DNA of 32,000 nucleotides from Nitrospirota bacterium (GCA_021813405.1 JAKAKS010000039.1:11451-43450), one strand, 5' to 3'; positions 1 through 9,035 are shown, counted from the stretch's first letter. A program made the numbers and translations. The notes: generated by a model not told the origin, from the letters alone.

Positions 1-34
1 TATAGTACAGTTTTTTTTGAATGAGTTGAATTAA

Positions 35-40
35 TATAAT
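35..40 (+). promoter_or_regulatory. Possible -10 box (TATAAT) upstream of the phosphatase gene
   Basis: Perfect TATAAT hexamer at 35-40, about 23 nt upstream of the TTG start at 63. No convincing -35 at 17-nt spacing. Confidence 0.3.
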
Positions 41-62
41 GTAATAAGGAGTTTGAGGAAAA

Positions 63-629
63 TTGAAGAGATTTATCCCGGGCAGCAAAATAGCGCGCAG
101 TCTTTTAATGCTCATCATGGCGGCAGCCCTGCTTTCCGGCGGATATTACCTGGTTATCTTTGGTGATGGCAATTTCCATGCGGTAACGCCAGGCGAGGCT
201 TACAGGTGCGCGCAGCCTGATTACAGCCAGCTTGAATATTACGCAAAAACATACGGCATTAAAAGCATAATAAACCTGCGCGGCAGGAACGCATCGGATA
301 AATGGTACAAGGATGAAATCCGGTTCAGCGCGGCAAACGGGATAAACCATTACGATATCGCTTTGTCCGCTTCGCACGAGCCTACGCCGGAGCAGCTTAA
401 CCAAATCCTCCTGGTGTTCAGGACGGCCCCGCGCCCTGTGCTGATACACTGCAAGTCCGGCTCCGACAGGTCCGGGCTGGTTGCGGCGATGTGGAAAGTG
501 GCGGTGGACGGGGAACCTAAATACGAGGCGGATAACCAGCTTTCAATCCGGTACGGGCATATCCCGGTTGGAAGCACAACGGCGATGGACCGTTATTTCT
601 TCAACTGGCAGCCGGTAACAATACACTAG
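63..629 (+). CDS. Membrane-anchored Cys-based protein tyrosine/dual-specificity phosphatase family protein
   Basis: 188-aa ORF. N-terminal hydrophobic helix (LLMLIMAAALLSGGYYLVIF) followed by the phosphatase P-loop HCKSGSDRSG (CX5R signature). AAGGAG at 46-51 and GAGG at 55-58 precede TTG 63. Alternative ATG at 108. Confidence 0.75.
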   Translation: MKRFIPGSKIARSLLMLIMAAALLSGGYYLVIFGDGNFHAVTPGEAYRCAQPDYSQLEYYAKTYGIKSIINLRGRNASDKWYKDEIRFSAANGINHYDIALSASHEPTPEQLNQILLVFRTAPRPVLIHCKSGSDRSGLVAAMWKVAVDGEPKYEADNQLSIRYGHIPVGSTTAMDRYFFNWQPVTIH

Positions 630-709
630 GCTATCTGAAAACAGGTCCTGATATCATGCCTTAAGGGCGCACTTCAGTATGTTTCAGCGCCCCCCGGGGG
701 GGTTCCCCA

Positions 710-2905
710 TTATTCCGCTTTGCGGCGGATCTTACCGAATGCCCTAGCCTGCCTGACCGCTATATCCAGGATGCTGGTTGTGGTTTGCAGGAAGGAAATA
801 TCTTCTTCCGTAGGCCGCCTGTACCCTGTAAAATAAAGCCCGATTACAGAGGTGGCTATGCCCTCTGAAAGCACCGGGACGGCGCAGGCCGCCTCGAACC
901 CGTATTTTTTCAGGCATTCCGGGAACTCGCCCCCCCCGTCCGCATCCAGATCCGGTATCAGCACAGGCTCCTTCAGGCTGAGGGCGCGGGACTCCAGGGA
1001 TCTCTCGTCTTTGCCATATATTCGCGCGCCCTCGGCAATGTCCGGGGACGACGCGGACTTTGCGTGAAGGTTGCCATCAGCGTCAAGTTCAAGCAGCCAG
1101 ATAAAATCCGCCATCACAGCGCCTTTCATGATATCAAGAGCGGTCTTCAGCATCTCCTTCAGGTCCACATGGGCCGACAGCGCGGACGCCATCCTGGCCA
1201 GCTCCCTGTGATCTTCCGCCTTGCGCCATTTCTGGTGCTGGTACATAAGCTTCATCCTCTCGTAAAGCCTCACGTTTTCAAAGGCCATGCCGGAGATCTC
1301 GCCTATGGAGCCAAGCACGTTTTCCTCCGAGGCGCTAAACGTATGGCTTTTAAGACCGAACACTATGAAAACGCCCAATGTCTTTTCCTTGCCTTTTATG
1401 GGGAATACGGCGCAAGCCTTTATGCCGGTATGCCGGAGCATGGATTTTTCCGCCCTCCTGTCGGCGGCCAGGTCCGAGGTGGTAAACGCCTGCCCGGTGG
1501 CGGCCACCCTGCCAGGGATGTCCTCCCCTATCCTGATGGCGCTGACAGCAGAACCGAAGCTATCGGACAGGCCCTTGTACTTCCTGCACGAAAGCTCCTT
1601 GCCGGCGTCGTCCAGCGTGAATACGCATCCGCCGTCCATGCCGGAAAAGTCTACTGTATTATCGAGCACGATGCTGAATATCTCGTCCCACACCAGCGTT
1701 TTGTTAAGCAGCCTGGAAACGCCAAGCAGGGCCGTAAGCTCCCTGGTCTTCACGGCTATCTCATTTTCGAATTTCTTCCTGCCGGAGATGTCCTGGACCA
1801 GCATAAGCACGTTTTTAACCTGGCCGGACGGGTCCTTTACGGGATAGGCCGCCATCTCGTAATAAGCGGTGTTCCGGCCGTCGTTTATCTCATGCATCTG
1901 CCGCGTGGCCGCGCCTGTACTGAACACGGAGGAGACCGGGCAGTCCTCAGGCATGTGATAGCTGCAGGAAGCAGGAGGCACCCGGAAAAGGCTGGAGCAG
2001 TTCTTGCCGGAAAGCTCATATCCCGAACTCTCCCTGGCCGCCTTGTTGGCCGATACAATATTGAGGTGCCGGTCAAGCACCACGGCGGGCTCCGGCATTG
2101 CGTCCATTAGAGTGCGGCTGAACTCGCCAGCTTCTGCCAGGGAATTTTTAAGGGAATGCTCCCTGCTGTTGTCCCTGATAACGCCTATCGCACCCGGCGT
2201 GATGGTCATTTCTTCCCCCACTGGAAACCAGGTGATCTGCACCGGCAACAGGTCCCCCGATTTCGTGATCATTGAAATCTCATTTGAGCGGCCTGCCACG
2301 GCGAATGGTTTTTTTCTGAGGGCCCTTTCGTCATCCTCGTCCATTAACTCAAATACGGAACTGCCGATTACGTCCTGGCGGCTGTAGCCAAACAGGTTCT
2401 CGAATGCGGGGTTTATGTCCGTTATGGCAAAGTCCGGGTCTATTATCCAGAAAGGGTCCATTACCTTGTTTATGAAAAGCTCTTTCAAGGCAAGCACCCT
2501 TGCCTGCCGCTTGAATGTCTTTGCAAGGTCGCTGAAAGCCGCGCAGATGTCCCACAATTCCTTATCGGCATACGAAGGAAACTCGTAATCCAGGTCTCCC
2601 CCGCTGATGGCCCGCGCCCCCTTCCTGACCTCCCCCAGCGGTTTAGTAAGTTTAATACCCAGAAGGAAAGCAAGGGCGCAGACCGCCGCAACTATGTAAA
2701 GGCCGGTTTGCAGAAGGCTGTCCTTTGAGGCGTTTACGGAGGTCTGGATGGCGAACATCTGGTCTGCCGTGAGCGGAGAGGCGTCTTCCATTGCAGCCTG
2801 CATCTTTTTTGAATTACGGTCGAAAACAGAGTAAGAGGTGATTACTACCGCGGCAGCCGAAATGGCAAGCAGCACAATAAAGCCTAAAACGAGGGTCTTT
2901 CTCAT
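710..2905 (-). CDS. Membrane sensor protein, HAMP + 2 PAS-like + 2 GAF-like domains, no recognisable output domain
   Basis: 731-aa ORF. Two TM helices flank a ~45-aa loop. HAMP-like segment (KPLGEVRKGARAISGGDLDYEF...). PAS-like segments (FWIIDPDFAITDINPAFENLFGYSRQDVIG; AVVLDRHLNIVSANKAARESSGYE). Two GAF-like segments fill the C-terminal 330 aa. I saw no HATPase N/G boxes and no GGDEF, EAL or HD-GYP motifs. Confidence 0.8.
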   Translation of the reverse strand: MRKTLVLGFIVLLAISAAAVVITSYSVFDRNSKKMQAAMEDASPLTADQMFAIQTSVNASKDSLLQTGLYIVAAVCALAFLLGIKLTKPLGEVRKGARAISGGDLDYEFPSYADKELWDICAAFSDLAKTFKRQARVLALKELFINKVMDPFWIIDPDFAITDINPAFENLFGYSRQDVIGSSVFELMDEDDERALRKKPFAVAGRSNEISMITKSGDLLPVQITWFPVGEEMTITPGAIGVIRDNSREHSLKNSLAEAGEFSRTLMDAMPEPAVVLDRHLNIVSANKAARESSGYELSGKNCSSLFRVPPASCSYHMPEDCPVSSVFSTGAATRQMHEINDGRNTAYYEMAAYPVKDPSGQVKNVLMLVQDISGRKKFENEIAVKTRELTALLGVSRLLNKTLVWDEIFSIVLDNTVDFSGMDGGCVFTLDDAGKELSCRKYKGLSDSFGSAVSAIRIGEDIPGRVAATGQAFTTSDLAADRRAEKSMLRHTGIKACAVFPIKGKEKTLGVFIVFGLKSHTFSASEENVLGSIGEISGMAFENVRLYERMKLMYQHQKWRKAEDHRELARMASALSAHVDLKEMLKTALDIMKGAVMADFIWLLELDADGNLHAKSASSPDIAEGARIYGKDERSLESRALSLKEPVLIPDLDADGGGEFPECLKKYGFEAACAVPVLSEGIATSVIGLYFTGYRRPTEEDISFLQTTTSILDIAVRQARAFGKIRRKAE

Positions 2906-2910
2906 GCCCT

Positions 2911-4155
2911 TCAGGTTTTCAGCAGCAGACCCGCGTCTCTTTCCGGCGTTTCGCCGGACGTGTGCTGCCTAAGGTCTTTCCACTTTACCATGCCGGATGC
3001 CATTTCCTCTTCGCCTATGATGAACGCAAACCTGGCCCCATGCTTGTCCGCCTTCCTTAGCTGGCTTTTAAGCGATCCGCCAAAACCAAGCTCCACGCGG
3101 CAGCCATTTTCCCTGAGACCGGCGGCCAGCTTCAAAGCCCGCTGCGGCGTGCCATTGCCGATATAAGCTATAAAGGCATCCATAACCGGAAGCACGGCAT
3201 TTCCTTCAAGCATGCCGGCCAGCCTCTCCATCCCAACTGCAAATCCAACGGCCGGGGTGGAAGGGCCGCCAAACTCCTCCACAAGCCCGTCATATCTGCC
3301 GCCCGCGGCAAAGGCGTCCTGCGCCCCAAGCAGGCTGCTTCTGGCCTCGAACGTGGTGCGGGTATAATAGTCCAGCCCGCGGACGAGCAGGGGGTTTTTA
3401 TTATATTTAATGCCAAGCGTGTCCAGAAAGCCAAGCACGCTATCATAATGGGCGCGGCATTCATCACAAAGCGAATCAGTAATCGCGGGCGCATTCGCCC
3501 TCAGCTCCACACAGCGCGGCACCTTGCAGTCCAGTATCCTCAGCGGGTTCTGCTCATACCGCCTCTGGCAGTCCGGGCAGAGCTCGTTTTTAACGGGAGC
3601 AAAAAAATCCACAAGCCTCTGGCGGAACGCCGGGCGGCATTTATCGTCCCCGATGGAGTTGACATCAAGCCTGAAGTCCCGGACGCCGGCGGCCTCCAGG
3701 AATCTGCACAACATATAGATGACTTCCGCATCGGCCTCCGGCGCGCCCGCGCCAAAACATTCAACCCCGATCTGATGGAACTGCCGCTGCCTGCCCTTCT
3801 GGGGCCTTTCGTACCTGAACATCGGGCCGGAGTAATAGAATTTCTGGGGGGGCGGCAGAATGGAAAGGTTATGCTCCACATAGGCGCGCACCACGGGCGC
3901 GGTGCCTTCCGGGCGCAGGGTCATGCTCCGGCTGCCCTTGTCCGTAAACGTATACATCTCCTTGGACACAATGTCCGATGTCTCGCCGATGCTCCTTGCA
4001 AAGAGGTCCGTGCTCTCGGCTATGGGTACTCTTATTTCGTTATATCCGCAGGAAAGGAAAACGCGGCCGGCCTTGTCTTCCAGTTCTTTCCATAAGCCGG
4101 AAGACGGCGGCAGGATATCTTCAAAGCCCTTCAGGGCGTTATAACGCGCCCTCAC
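2911..4155 (-). CDS. hisS: Histidine--tRNA ligase
   Basis: 414-aa ORF with class II HisRS motifs: MTLRPEGTAPVVRAY, FRYERPQKGRQRQFHQIGVE, GGRYDGLVEEFGG. The GTG start overlaps the divIVA stop (GTGA at 4152-4155). Confidence 0.95.
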   Translation of the reverse strand: MRARYNALKGFEDILPPSSGLWKELEDKAGRVFLSCGYNEIRVPIAESTDLFARSIGETSDIVSKEMYTFTDKGSRSMTLRPEGTAPVVRAYVEHNLSILPPPQKFYYSGPMFRYERPQKGRQRQFHQIGVECFGAGAPEADAEVIYMLCRFLEAAGVRDFRLDVNSIGDDKCRPAFRQRLVDFFAPVKNELCPDCQRRYEQNPLRILDCKVPRCVELRANAPAITDSLCDECRAHYDSVLGFLDTLGIKYNKNPLLVRGLDYYTRTTFEARSSLLGAQDAFAAGGRYDGLVEEFGGPSTPAVGFAVGMERLAGMLEGNAVLPVMDAFIAYIGNGTPQRALKLAAGLRENGCRVELGFGGSLKSQLRKADKHGARFAFIIGEEEMASGMVKWKDLRQHTSGETPERDAGLLLKT

Positions 4156-4679
4156 TGCTCATCCATTTGCCGGCCCGGTTTCTCGTCCAGGAAATCGGAG
4201 CTCTCCACCGCGGCCTCTTCACCCTCGCCCTCGCGCTCCTTGTCAAACTCAATGAGCCGCAAGTGGTTTTCAATGAGCCTCTTCATCTCTTCCTTGAAGT
4301 GCCTGCGTATGCCTTTCAGGTCCACAATGTCCTCGTGTATCTTCACCACGCGCTCCTGGGCGTCCCTCAGCATCTCCTCGGCCTTTATCTCCGCCTCGCG
4401 CAATATCAGCTCCGCTTCCTTGCGGGCATTGTTGCGGTGGTCGTCGGCCATCTGCCGTGCCGTCATCAGGGTTTCGGTGAGCGCCGCCTCCATGCCCTTG
4501 TATTCCTTCATCTGCGCTTCCAGCCTGGAGATTGTCTCCTTGCCGTGGCTGTTTTCACGCATCAATTCTTCCATCTGCTCGCGCACAAGCTCCATGAAGG
4601 CGAACACCTCGTCGGCGTCGAACCCCCTGAATTTCACCGGAAACTGTTTCTGCTGAATGTCCAGAGGCGTTATCTTCAT
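4152..4679 (-). CDS. divIVA: DivIVA-domain cell-division/polarity protein
   Basis: 175-aa ORF. Canonical DivIVA N-terminus MKITPLDIQQKQFPVKFRGFDADEVFAFMELV followed by coiled-coil sequence. GGAGG Shine-Dalgarno upstream of the ATG. Confidence 0.9.
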   Translation of the reverse strand: MKITPLDIQQKQFPVKFRGFDADEVFAFMELVREQMEELMRENSHGKETISRLEAQMKEYKGMEAALTETLMTARQMADDHRNNARKEAELILREAEIKAEEMLRDAQERVVKIHEDIVDLKGIRRHFKEEMKRLIENHLRLIEFDKEREGEGEEAAVESSDFLDEKPGRQMDEQ

Positions 4680-4698
4680 CTTTTCTGTCCTCCCCGCT

Positions 4699-4995
4699 TT
4701 ATCTTATTCTCACGGCTATATCCAGGAGCGTAACTATCAGGAACCTCCGGATAAACCAGATTATCAAAATGACGATCAGCGGCGATATGTCTATTCCGCC
4801 TATCACCCCGGTCAGCCGCCGTATGGGGCGAAGCACCGGGTCCGTTACCCGGTAAAGGAAACGCACTATCGGGTTATAAGGATCAGGGCTGACCCAGCTT
4901 ACCAGTGCCGCTACAATTATGATCCAGGTGTAAACGTTCAGAACCCAGTCCAGGATCGAAGCCACTGCGGACAAAAAATTAGAGGCTATAAACAC
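4699..4995 (-). CDS. yggT: YggT family membrane protein
   Basis: YggT signature VSWVSPDPYNPIVRFLYRVTDPVLRPIRR plus two TM helices. I prefer GTG at 4995 (AAGGAG 5 nt upstream, no overlap with proC) over the track ATG at 5055, which would overlap proC by 41 nt. Confidence 0.8.
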   Translation of the reverse strand: MFIASNFLSAVASILDWVLNVYTWIIIVAALVSWVSPDPYNPIVRFLYRVTDPVLRPIRRLTGVIGGIDISPLIVILIIWFIRRFLIVTLLDIAVRIR

Positions 4996-5014
4996 CCCGG
5001 CTCCTTTAAGTACA

Positions 5015-5812
5015 TTACCCCTTCCCCAGTTCCGCGGCCCTTCTGGCCGCGGCATCTATTGTATCATACAGGGCCTGCTTGAATCCCTTGCCTTCAAGCA
5101 CCTTCAGCCCGGCCTCGGTAGTGCCGCCCGGCGATGTAACCATGCGCCTGAGGTTTTGCGTGTCCATGCCATTTTCAAGCATTTTGAGCGTGCCGGCCGC
5201 CGTCTGAAGTGCCAGCAGCCTTGCGTCTTGCTCCGCAAGCCCGGCCCTCACCGCGCCTTCCACCAGCCCCTCTATAAAAAGGGCAAAAAAGGCAGGGCCG
5301 CTGCCGGAGAGCGCCGTTACGGCGTCCATGTATTTTTCGGGCATCACGCTTACCTTGCCCACGGACATGAATATGTCCTTCACCACGGTTATAACGGCAT
5401 CCTCCAGGCACTCGCAAAGGGATATCACCGTCATGCCCTCGCCAGCAAGGGCAGGCGTGTTGGGCATTACCCTTATGAGCTTTTTAGTGCCAAGCCTTGC
5501 CCCCAGAAATGAAAGCCTTACCCCGGCGGCAATGGATATTACAGTGTGGTCCGCGGTTATGCCGTCTTTTATCTCGCCAAGCACGCCCTCCATTATCTGG
5601 GGTTTTACCGCCAGCAGAACGGTCCTGGCCGCCCGTACCGCTTCCATATTGGATGAAGTTGCCTTCACGCCGTATTTCTTTTCAAGGTGAAGCCTTTTTT
5701 CCTCACCAGGTTCCGCCACGGTTATCCGGTAGGCGCCTGCCCTGCCGGAAGTAATTCCTTTTATCAGGGCCTCGGCCATATTGCCGCCGCCTATGAACGC
5801 CAGATCAACCAT
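5015..5812 (-). CDS. proC: Pyrroline-5-carboxylate reductase
   Basis: 265-aa ORF. NADP-binding FIGGGNMAEALIKG, RVMPNTPALAGEG, VTSPGGTTEAGLKVLE. Confidence 0.95.
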   Translation of the reverse strand: MVDLAFIGGGNMAEALIKGITSGRAGAYRITVAEPGEEKRLHLEKKYGVKATSSNMEAVRAARTVLLAVKPQIMEGVLGEIKDGITADHTVISIAAGVRLSFLGARLGTKKLIRVMPNTPALAGEGMTVISLCECLEDAVITVVKDIFMSVGKVSVMPEKYMDAVTALSGSGPAFFALFIEGLVEGAVRAGLAEQDARLLALQTAAGTLKMLENGMDTQNLRRMVTSPGGTTEAGLKVLEGKGFKQALYDTIDAAARRAAELGKG

Positions 5813-6539
5813 TTCCTTTCAACGCCTCCGGTTCTTTCTCGTTTTTCCGCGCCCCAAAAATCGCCTCTCCCACCCGCACCAGCGTGGCGCCCTCGGCTAT
5901 CGCAACCTCGAAGTCTCCGGACATCCCCATCGAAAGCGCGCCAATACCGCTGAAACCGCGCCGCCTGGCCTCATCCCGAAGCTCCCTTAATTTTCTGAAG
6001 TACGGCCTTGCCGCCCCGCTGTCTTCAGACCACGGGGGCATTGTCATGAGCCCAACTATATTAATATGTTTTGCGCCCCTGGATTTCTCCAGAAGTCCAA
6101 ACAGCTCTTCCGGCATCAACCCGTGCTTGGAAGGCTCATGGGATAGCTTTATCTCCACAAGCACGTCCTGCGCTTCAATATTTAAAAGCGCGGCCTGTTT
6201 TTCAAGCTCAAAAAAGAGGCGCTCGGAGTCCACTGAATGAATAAGCTCAAACCCCAGTTTAAGGGCCGCCCTGGCCTTGTTGGTCTGCAAGTGGCCTATA
6301 AAATGCCACCTGGCAGGCCCTGCCTTAAGGGCCTGCATCTTTTCCCCGGCCTCCTGTATGCGGTTTTCCCCGAATACGGCAAGCCCCGCGCAAAACGCGC
6401 GCTCCACGGACTGGACGGGGGCCGTTTTGCTTACGGCCACAAGTGTGATCTCTTCAGGATTTCTCCCTGCGGCCAGGGCAGCGGATTTAATCCTGCCAAG
6501 TACCAAGGCTATGCTTTCTTCCATTGCCATTACACGCAC
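5805..6539 (-). CDS. yggS: YggS family pyridoxal-phosphate-binding (PLP homeostasis) protein
   Basis: 244-aa ORF. VAVSKT (PLP lysine), HFIGHLQTNKA, SMGMSGDFEVAIAEGATLVRVGEAIFG. Start is ambiguous (GTG 6539, ATG 6530 or ATG 6524). Its 3' end overlaps the proC start by 8 nt. Confidence 0.9.
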   Translation of the reverse strand: MRVMAMEESIALVLGRIKSAALAAGRNPEEITLVAVSKTAPVQSVERAFCAGLAVFGENRIQEAGEKMQALKAGPARWHFIGHLQTNKARAALKLGFELIHSVDSERLFFELEKQAALLNIEAQDVLVEIKLSHEPSKHGLMPEELFGLLEKSRGAKHINIVGLMTMPPWSEDSGAARPYFRKLRELRDEARRRGFSGIGALSMGMSGDFEVAIAEGATLVRVGEAIFGARKNEKEPEALKGNG

Positions 6540-6572
6540 TAATATACTAACTCAACAAGGCAGAAATAGGCA

Positions 6573-6611
6573 GTCAATGATATTGACGATCAGGGCATTT
6601 AAAAGTAGAAT
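6573..6611 (+). promoter_or_regulatory. Candidate sigma70-type promoter with overlapping palindrome, for the lipoprotein gene
   Basis: TTGACG (6583-6588), 17-nt spacer, TAGAAT (6606-6611). Inverted repeat GTCAAT-gat-ATTGAC at 6573-6587 overlaps the -35. The predicted start site near 6618 would exclude the track TTG start at 6612. Confidence 0.4.
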
Positions 6612-6716
6612 TTGAGAGTTCCCGCAGCCGGCAGCCGCATTGCCGCGGTGACAGCAATCACGGAAGCCACTTTTTTTAAAGGTGTACAATCCCCGGAAAC
6701 AAATTCAGGAGGAATC

Positions 6717-7844
6717 GTGAAACCAACCCCATTGAAACTTATTGCGCTTTTCTTTATGTTCGTTGGCGGCGCTTTCTGGCTGGCCAGTTGCGGCAGCGGG
6801 GGAGGCGGCACCGCTTCCACGCCGCAAAGCGGCACCGTTGGGCTGTTCATGACGGATGATGCATCAACTTTCCAGCAGGTGGCAGCAGTCATCAATTCGG
6901 TGGCGCTGGTAAACTCCAGCGACGGCAGTTCGTGCTCCGTCCTTAGCACCCCTGTAAGCATGAACCTTTCAGATCTCTCAAACGTGGTGCAGCTTATAAA
7001 CACAACCACCTGCCCGGCCGCAAATTATAACCGGCTGCAACTGGTGTTCAGCAACGCAGTGGGCGTTACGAACTCTGGCGGGATAAGCAACGCCTGCGCC
7101 TTTACGTCCTACAGGACGGCCCACAACGGCACGCCAAACGCCCTGTCCTGCTCCGGAAACAATTGCACGCTGGACATCACCGGCGCCGTTAACGTACTTG
7201 CCAGCCAGGACAATCAGGTGGGGCTCGATTTCGTGCTGAAGGATTTCGACGTTAACGGGTTTGGCACCTCCGCCTGCACCGTTACCATGAGGGTAAGCCC
7301 CCTGGACGCGGCAGGCATGAACTCGCTTGGTTACACAAGCGGCATAGCGGGGCCTGTAACCGCCTTCAACGCAAATTCTGTCACAATGGCTGCAGGCGGC
7401 AAGAACTTCATTGTAAACACTTCCGCACAGGGCCAGTCCAATTTCCAGAACCTGATGTCCTTTGCCAGGCAAAACGGGTTTTCAGCAATGGCAAACTGCA
7501 CCAGTTTCAATTTTAACGCCGGCACCTGCACTGCCAGCCAGGTGCAGACCATCGTTGCGGGCACAGTGTCCAGCCTGGACAATGCGGCTTCCACTTTCGC
7601 GCTCGGACTGTCAAACGGTTCTTCAATAAACGTGGACTTCAGCCAGGCCGCGGCTTCCGGCCAGATGAAAGGCCAGCTGCAAAATAACCAGACTGCCGTT
7701 TTGAAGCTTTCAGGTGTGGGCGGCAACGGCATATATAATGCAACAGAAGTACAAAGCAGGGCCGGAATGGGGGCCATGGGCAATATGCCTTCCGGCGGCG
7801 GAATGACAGGCGGAATGCCCGGCGGCGGCACCCCCATGATGTGA
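6717..7844 (+). CDS. DUF4382-like lipoprotein with C-terminal Met/Gly-rich tail
   Basis: GGAGG then GTG at 6717. Signal peptide plus lipobox (FMFVGGAFWLASC), then a Gly linker. The pattern GLFMTDDA...VNSVALVN...MNLSDLSN...YNRLQLVF resembles the DUF4382 template as I remember it. The tail is GMGAMGNMPSGGGMTGGMPGGGTPMM. Confidence 0.65.
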   Translation: MKPTPLKLIALFFMFVGGAFWLASCGSGGGGTASTPQSGTVGLFMTDDASTFQQVAAVINSVALVNSSDGSSCSVLSTPVSMNLSDLSNVVQLINTTTCPAANYNRLQLVFSNAVGVTNSGGISNACAFTSYRTAHNGTPNALSCSGNNCTLDITGAVNVLASQDNQVGLDFVLKDFDVNGFGTSACTVTMRVSPLDAAGMNSLGYTSGIAGPVTAFNANSVTMAAGGKNFIVNTSAQGQSNFQNLMSFARQNGFSAMANCTSFNFNAGTCTASQVQTIVAGTVSSLDNAASTFALGLSNGSSINVDFSQAAASGQMKGQLQNNQTAVLKLSGVGGNGIYNATEVQSRAGMGAMGNMPSGGGMTGGMPGGGTPMM

Positions 7845-7881
7845 AGATCGTAACATAGTGAAATCAAAGTAAAAACATGAT

Positions 7882-7920
7882 GCGCCAGCCCCGGTTAGGC
7901 CTGGGGCTGGCGCTTTTATT
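7882..7920 (+). terminator. Rho-independent terminator
   Basis: Perfect 11-bp GC-rich stem, GCGCCAGCCCC (7882-7892) with GGGGCTGGCGC (7903-7913), followed by TTTTATT. Confidence 0.85.
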
Positions 7921-8061
7921 CATAACTTGTATTTATGTATGGATTTCCTTATCTTTTCGAGCTATATTAACACTTAAGGGTTTTAGCCGGGTTTTAAAAG
8001 TCACGGAATAAACAAATGTGGGTTTGCCGCAAAAATAAATAAAAGAAGAAGGGGGAGATCG

Positions 8062-8970
8062 ATGAGAAGCGCGTTCCGTAGATTTCTGGCAGTTGCAGGC
8101 GTAACCTTTGCAGCGGTTTTGTTTTCAGCAGGATTTGCCGTGGCCTCCGGCAGGCCTCTGGTAGATGCACAGTGGCTTTCCGCCAACGCCAAAAAGGTTG
8201 TTGTAGTTGACGTCCGTGGAAGCGGCGCTTACACGGCAGGGCACATCCCTGGCGCCATAAGCATCCCGCTTGGCACCCTTCAGGGCCCGCCGGATGCGGT
8301 GCCCTACCCCATCAAACAGGAAGAAAAAACCCTTGGCGCGGACGGCCTCACCATCGGCAAGGATGTGGTGCTGTACGGCGCCGGACGGGAGATGGCGTTC
8401 CGTGAATACTGGATTTTCGACTACCTCGGCATGCGCAACATACACGTGCTGGACGGCGGCATAGAGGGCTGGAAGGGGCAGACTTCAACTGAACAGTCCA
8501 AGCTTCCGGCGGCAAAATTTGCAGCAAAGCCGGACCTCTCCAAATATGCAACAACCGCTTATGTGCGCGCCCATCTGAAGAACAAGGGAGTTGTACTCCT
8601 GGATGTCCGCACCCCTGGCGAATACCATGGCACGGACGTAAGGGCGCTCCGCGGCGGGCATATCCCCGGCGCAATAAATATGAACTATGCAAATAATTTC
8701 CAGAAAGGCACCACCTTCCTTAAGCCGGCAGCCGATCTGAAGAAGATTTACGCAAAGCTGAACAGGCGCAAGGAGATCATCACGTACTGCCAGACCGGCA
8801 CAAGGGCGGCCAACGCGTACTTCGTTTTAAAGATGCTCGGCTTCAGGCGGGTGCGCGATTACGTCCCCTCCTGGATAGAATGGGGCAGCAATGAGAACCT
8901 GCCCGCCCAGGACGTAACGTATTTCAACTTCGTTCCGGTGATACAGGCCATCAAGAAGATGCAGAAATAG
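8062..8970 (+). CDS. Exported two-domain rhodanese (thiosulfate/3-mercaptopyruvate sulfurtransferase family), copy 1
   Basis: 302-aa ORF. Signal peptide ending AVA-SG. The N-terminal rhodanese-like domain lacks the Cys. The C-terminal domain has the catalytic loop CQTGTRA. GGGGGAG Shine-Dalgarno. Confidence 0.85.
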   Translation: MRSAFRRFLAVAGVTFAAVLFSAGFAVASGRPLVDAQWLSANAKKVVVVDVRGSGAYTAGHIPGAISIPLGTLQGPPDAVPYPIKQEEKTLGADGLTIGKDVVLYGAGREMAFREYWIFDYLGMRNIHVLDGGIEGWKGQTSTEQSKLPAAKFAAKPDLSKYATTAYVRAHLKNKGVVLLDVRTPGEYHGTDVRALRGGHIPGAINMNYANNFQKGTTFLKPAADLKKIYAKLNRRKEIITYCQTGTRAANAYFVLKMLGFRRVRDYVPSWIEWGSNENLPAQDVTYFNFVPVIQAIKKMQK

Positions 8971-8998
8971 GCCAACGGCCCGGGCTTTCAACCAAAAA

Positions 8999-9035
8999 GG
9001 GGTTCTGTGACATTGTCACAGAACCCCTTTTTTTT
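8999..9035 (+). terminator. Rho-independent terminator between the rhodanese paralogs
   Basis: 13-bp perfect stem, GGGGTTCTGTGAC (8999-9011) with GTCACAGAACCCC (9015-9027), 3-nt loop, then a T8 run (9028-9035). An A-run precedes the stem. Confidence 0.9.

Noticed and set aside
665-702. GGGCGC-N16-GCGCCC hairpin and C6G7 palindrome between the convergent phosphatase and sensor genes, as a bidirectional terminator
   Set aside because: No U-tract lies on either side, and the C/G palindrome cannot form a stable loop of 3 nt or more without losing most of its pairs. It may still pause transcription, but this is not supportable as a terminator call.
1064-2110. 348-aa plus-strand ORF (with neighbours 852-1067, 1287-1847, 2004-2387) antisense to the sensor gene
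   Set aside because: It is fully nested antisense to a CDS with clear HAMP/PAS/GAF structure. The product is Arg/His/Gly/Pro-rich with no motifs. This is the typical shadow ORF of GC-rich DNA.
3978-4733. 251-aa plus-strand ORF spanning the hisS 5' end and all of divIVA
   Set aside because: It is antisense to two strongly supported genes. The sequence is Leu/His/Arg-rich and repetitive, mirroring the divIVA coiled-coil codons. It has no Shine-Dalgarno.
6612-6716. TTG 6612 as the start of the lipoprotein gene (35 extra N-terminal residues)
   Set aside because: The extension lacks signal-peptide character, and the candidate promoter's -10 (6606-6611) directly abuts this start. GTG 6717 has a GGAGG Shine-Dalgarno and gives a canonical lipoprotein signal peptide.
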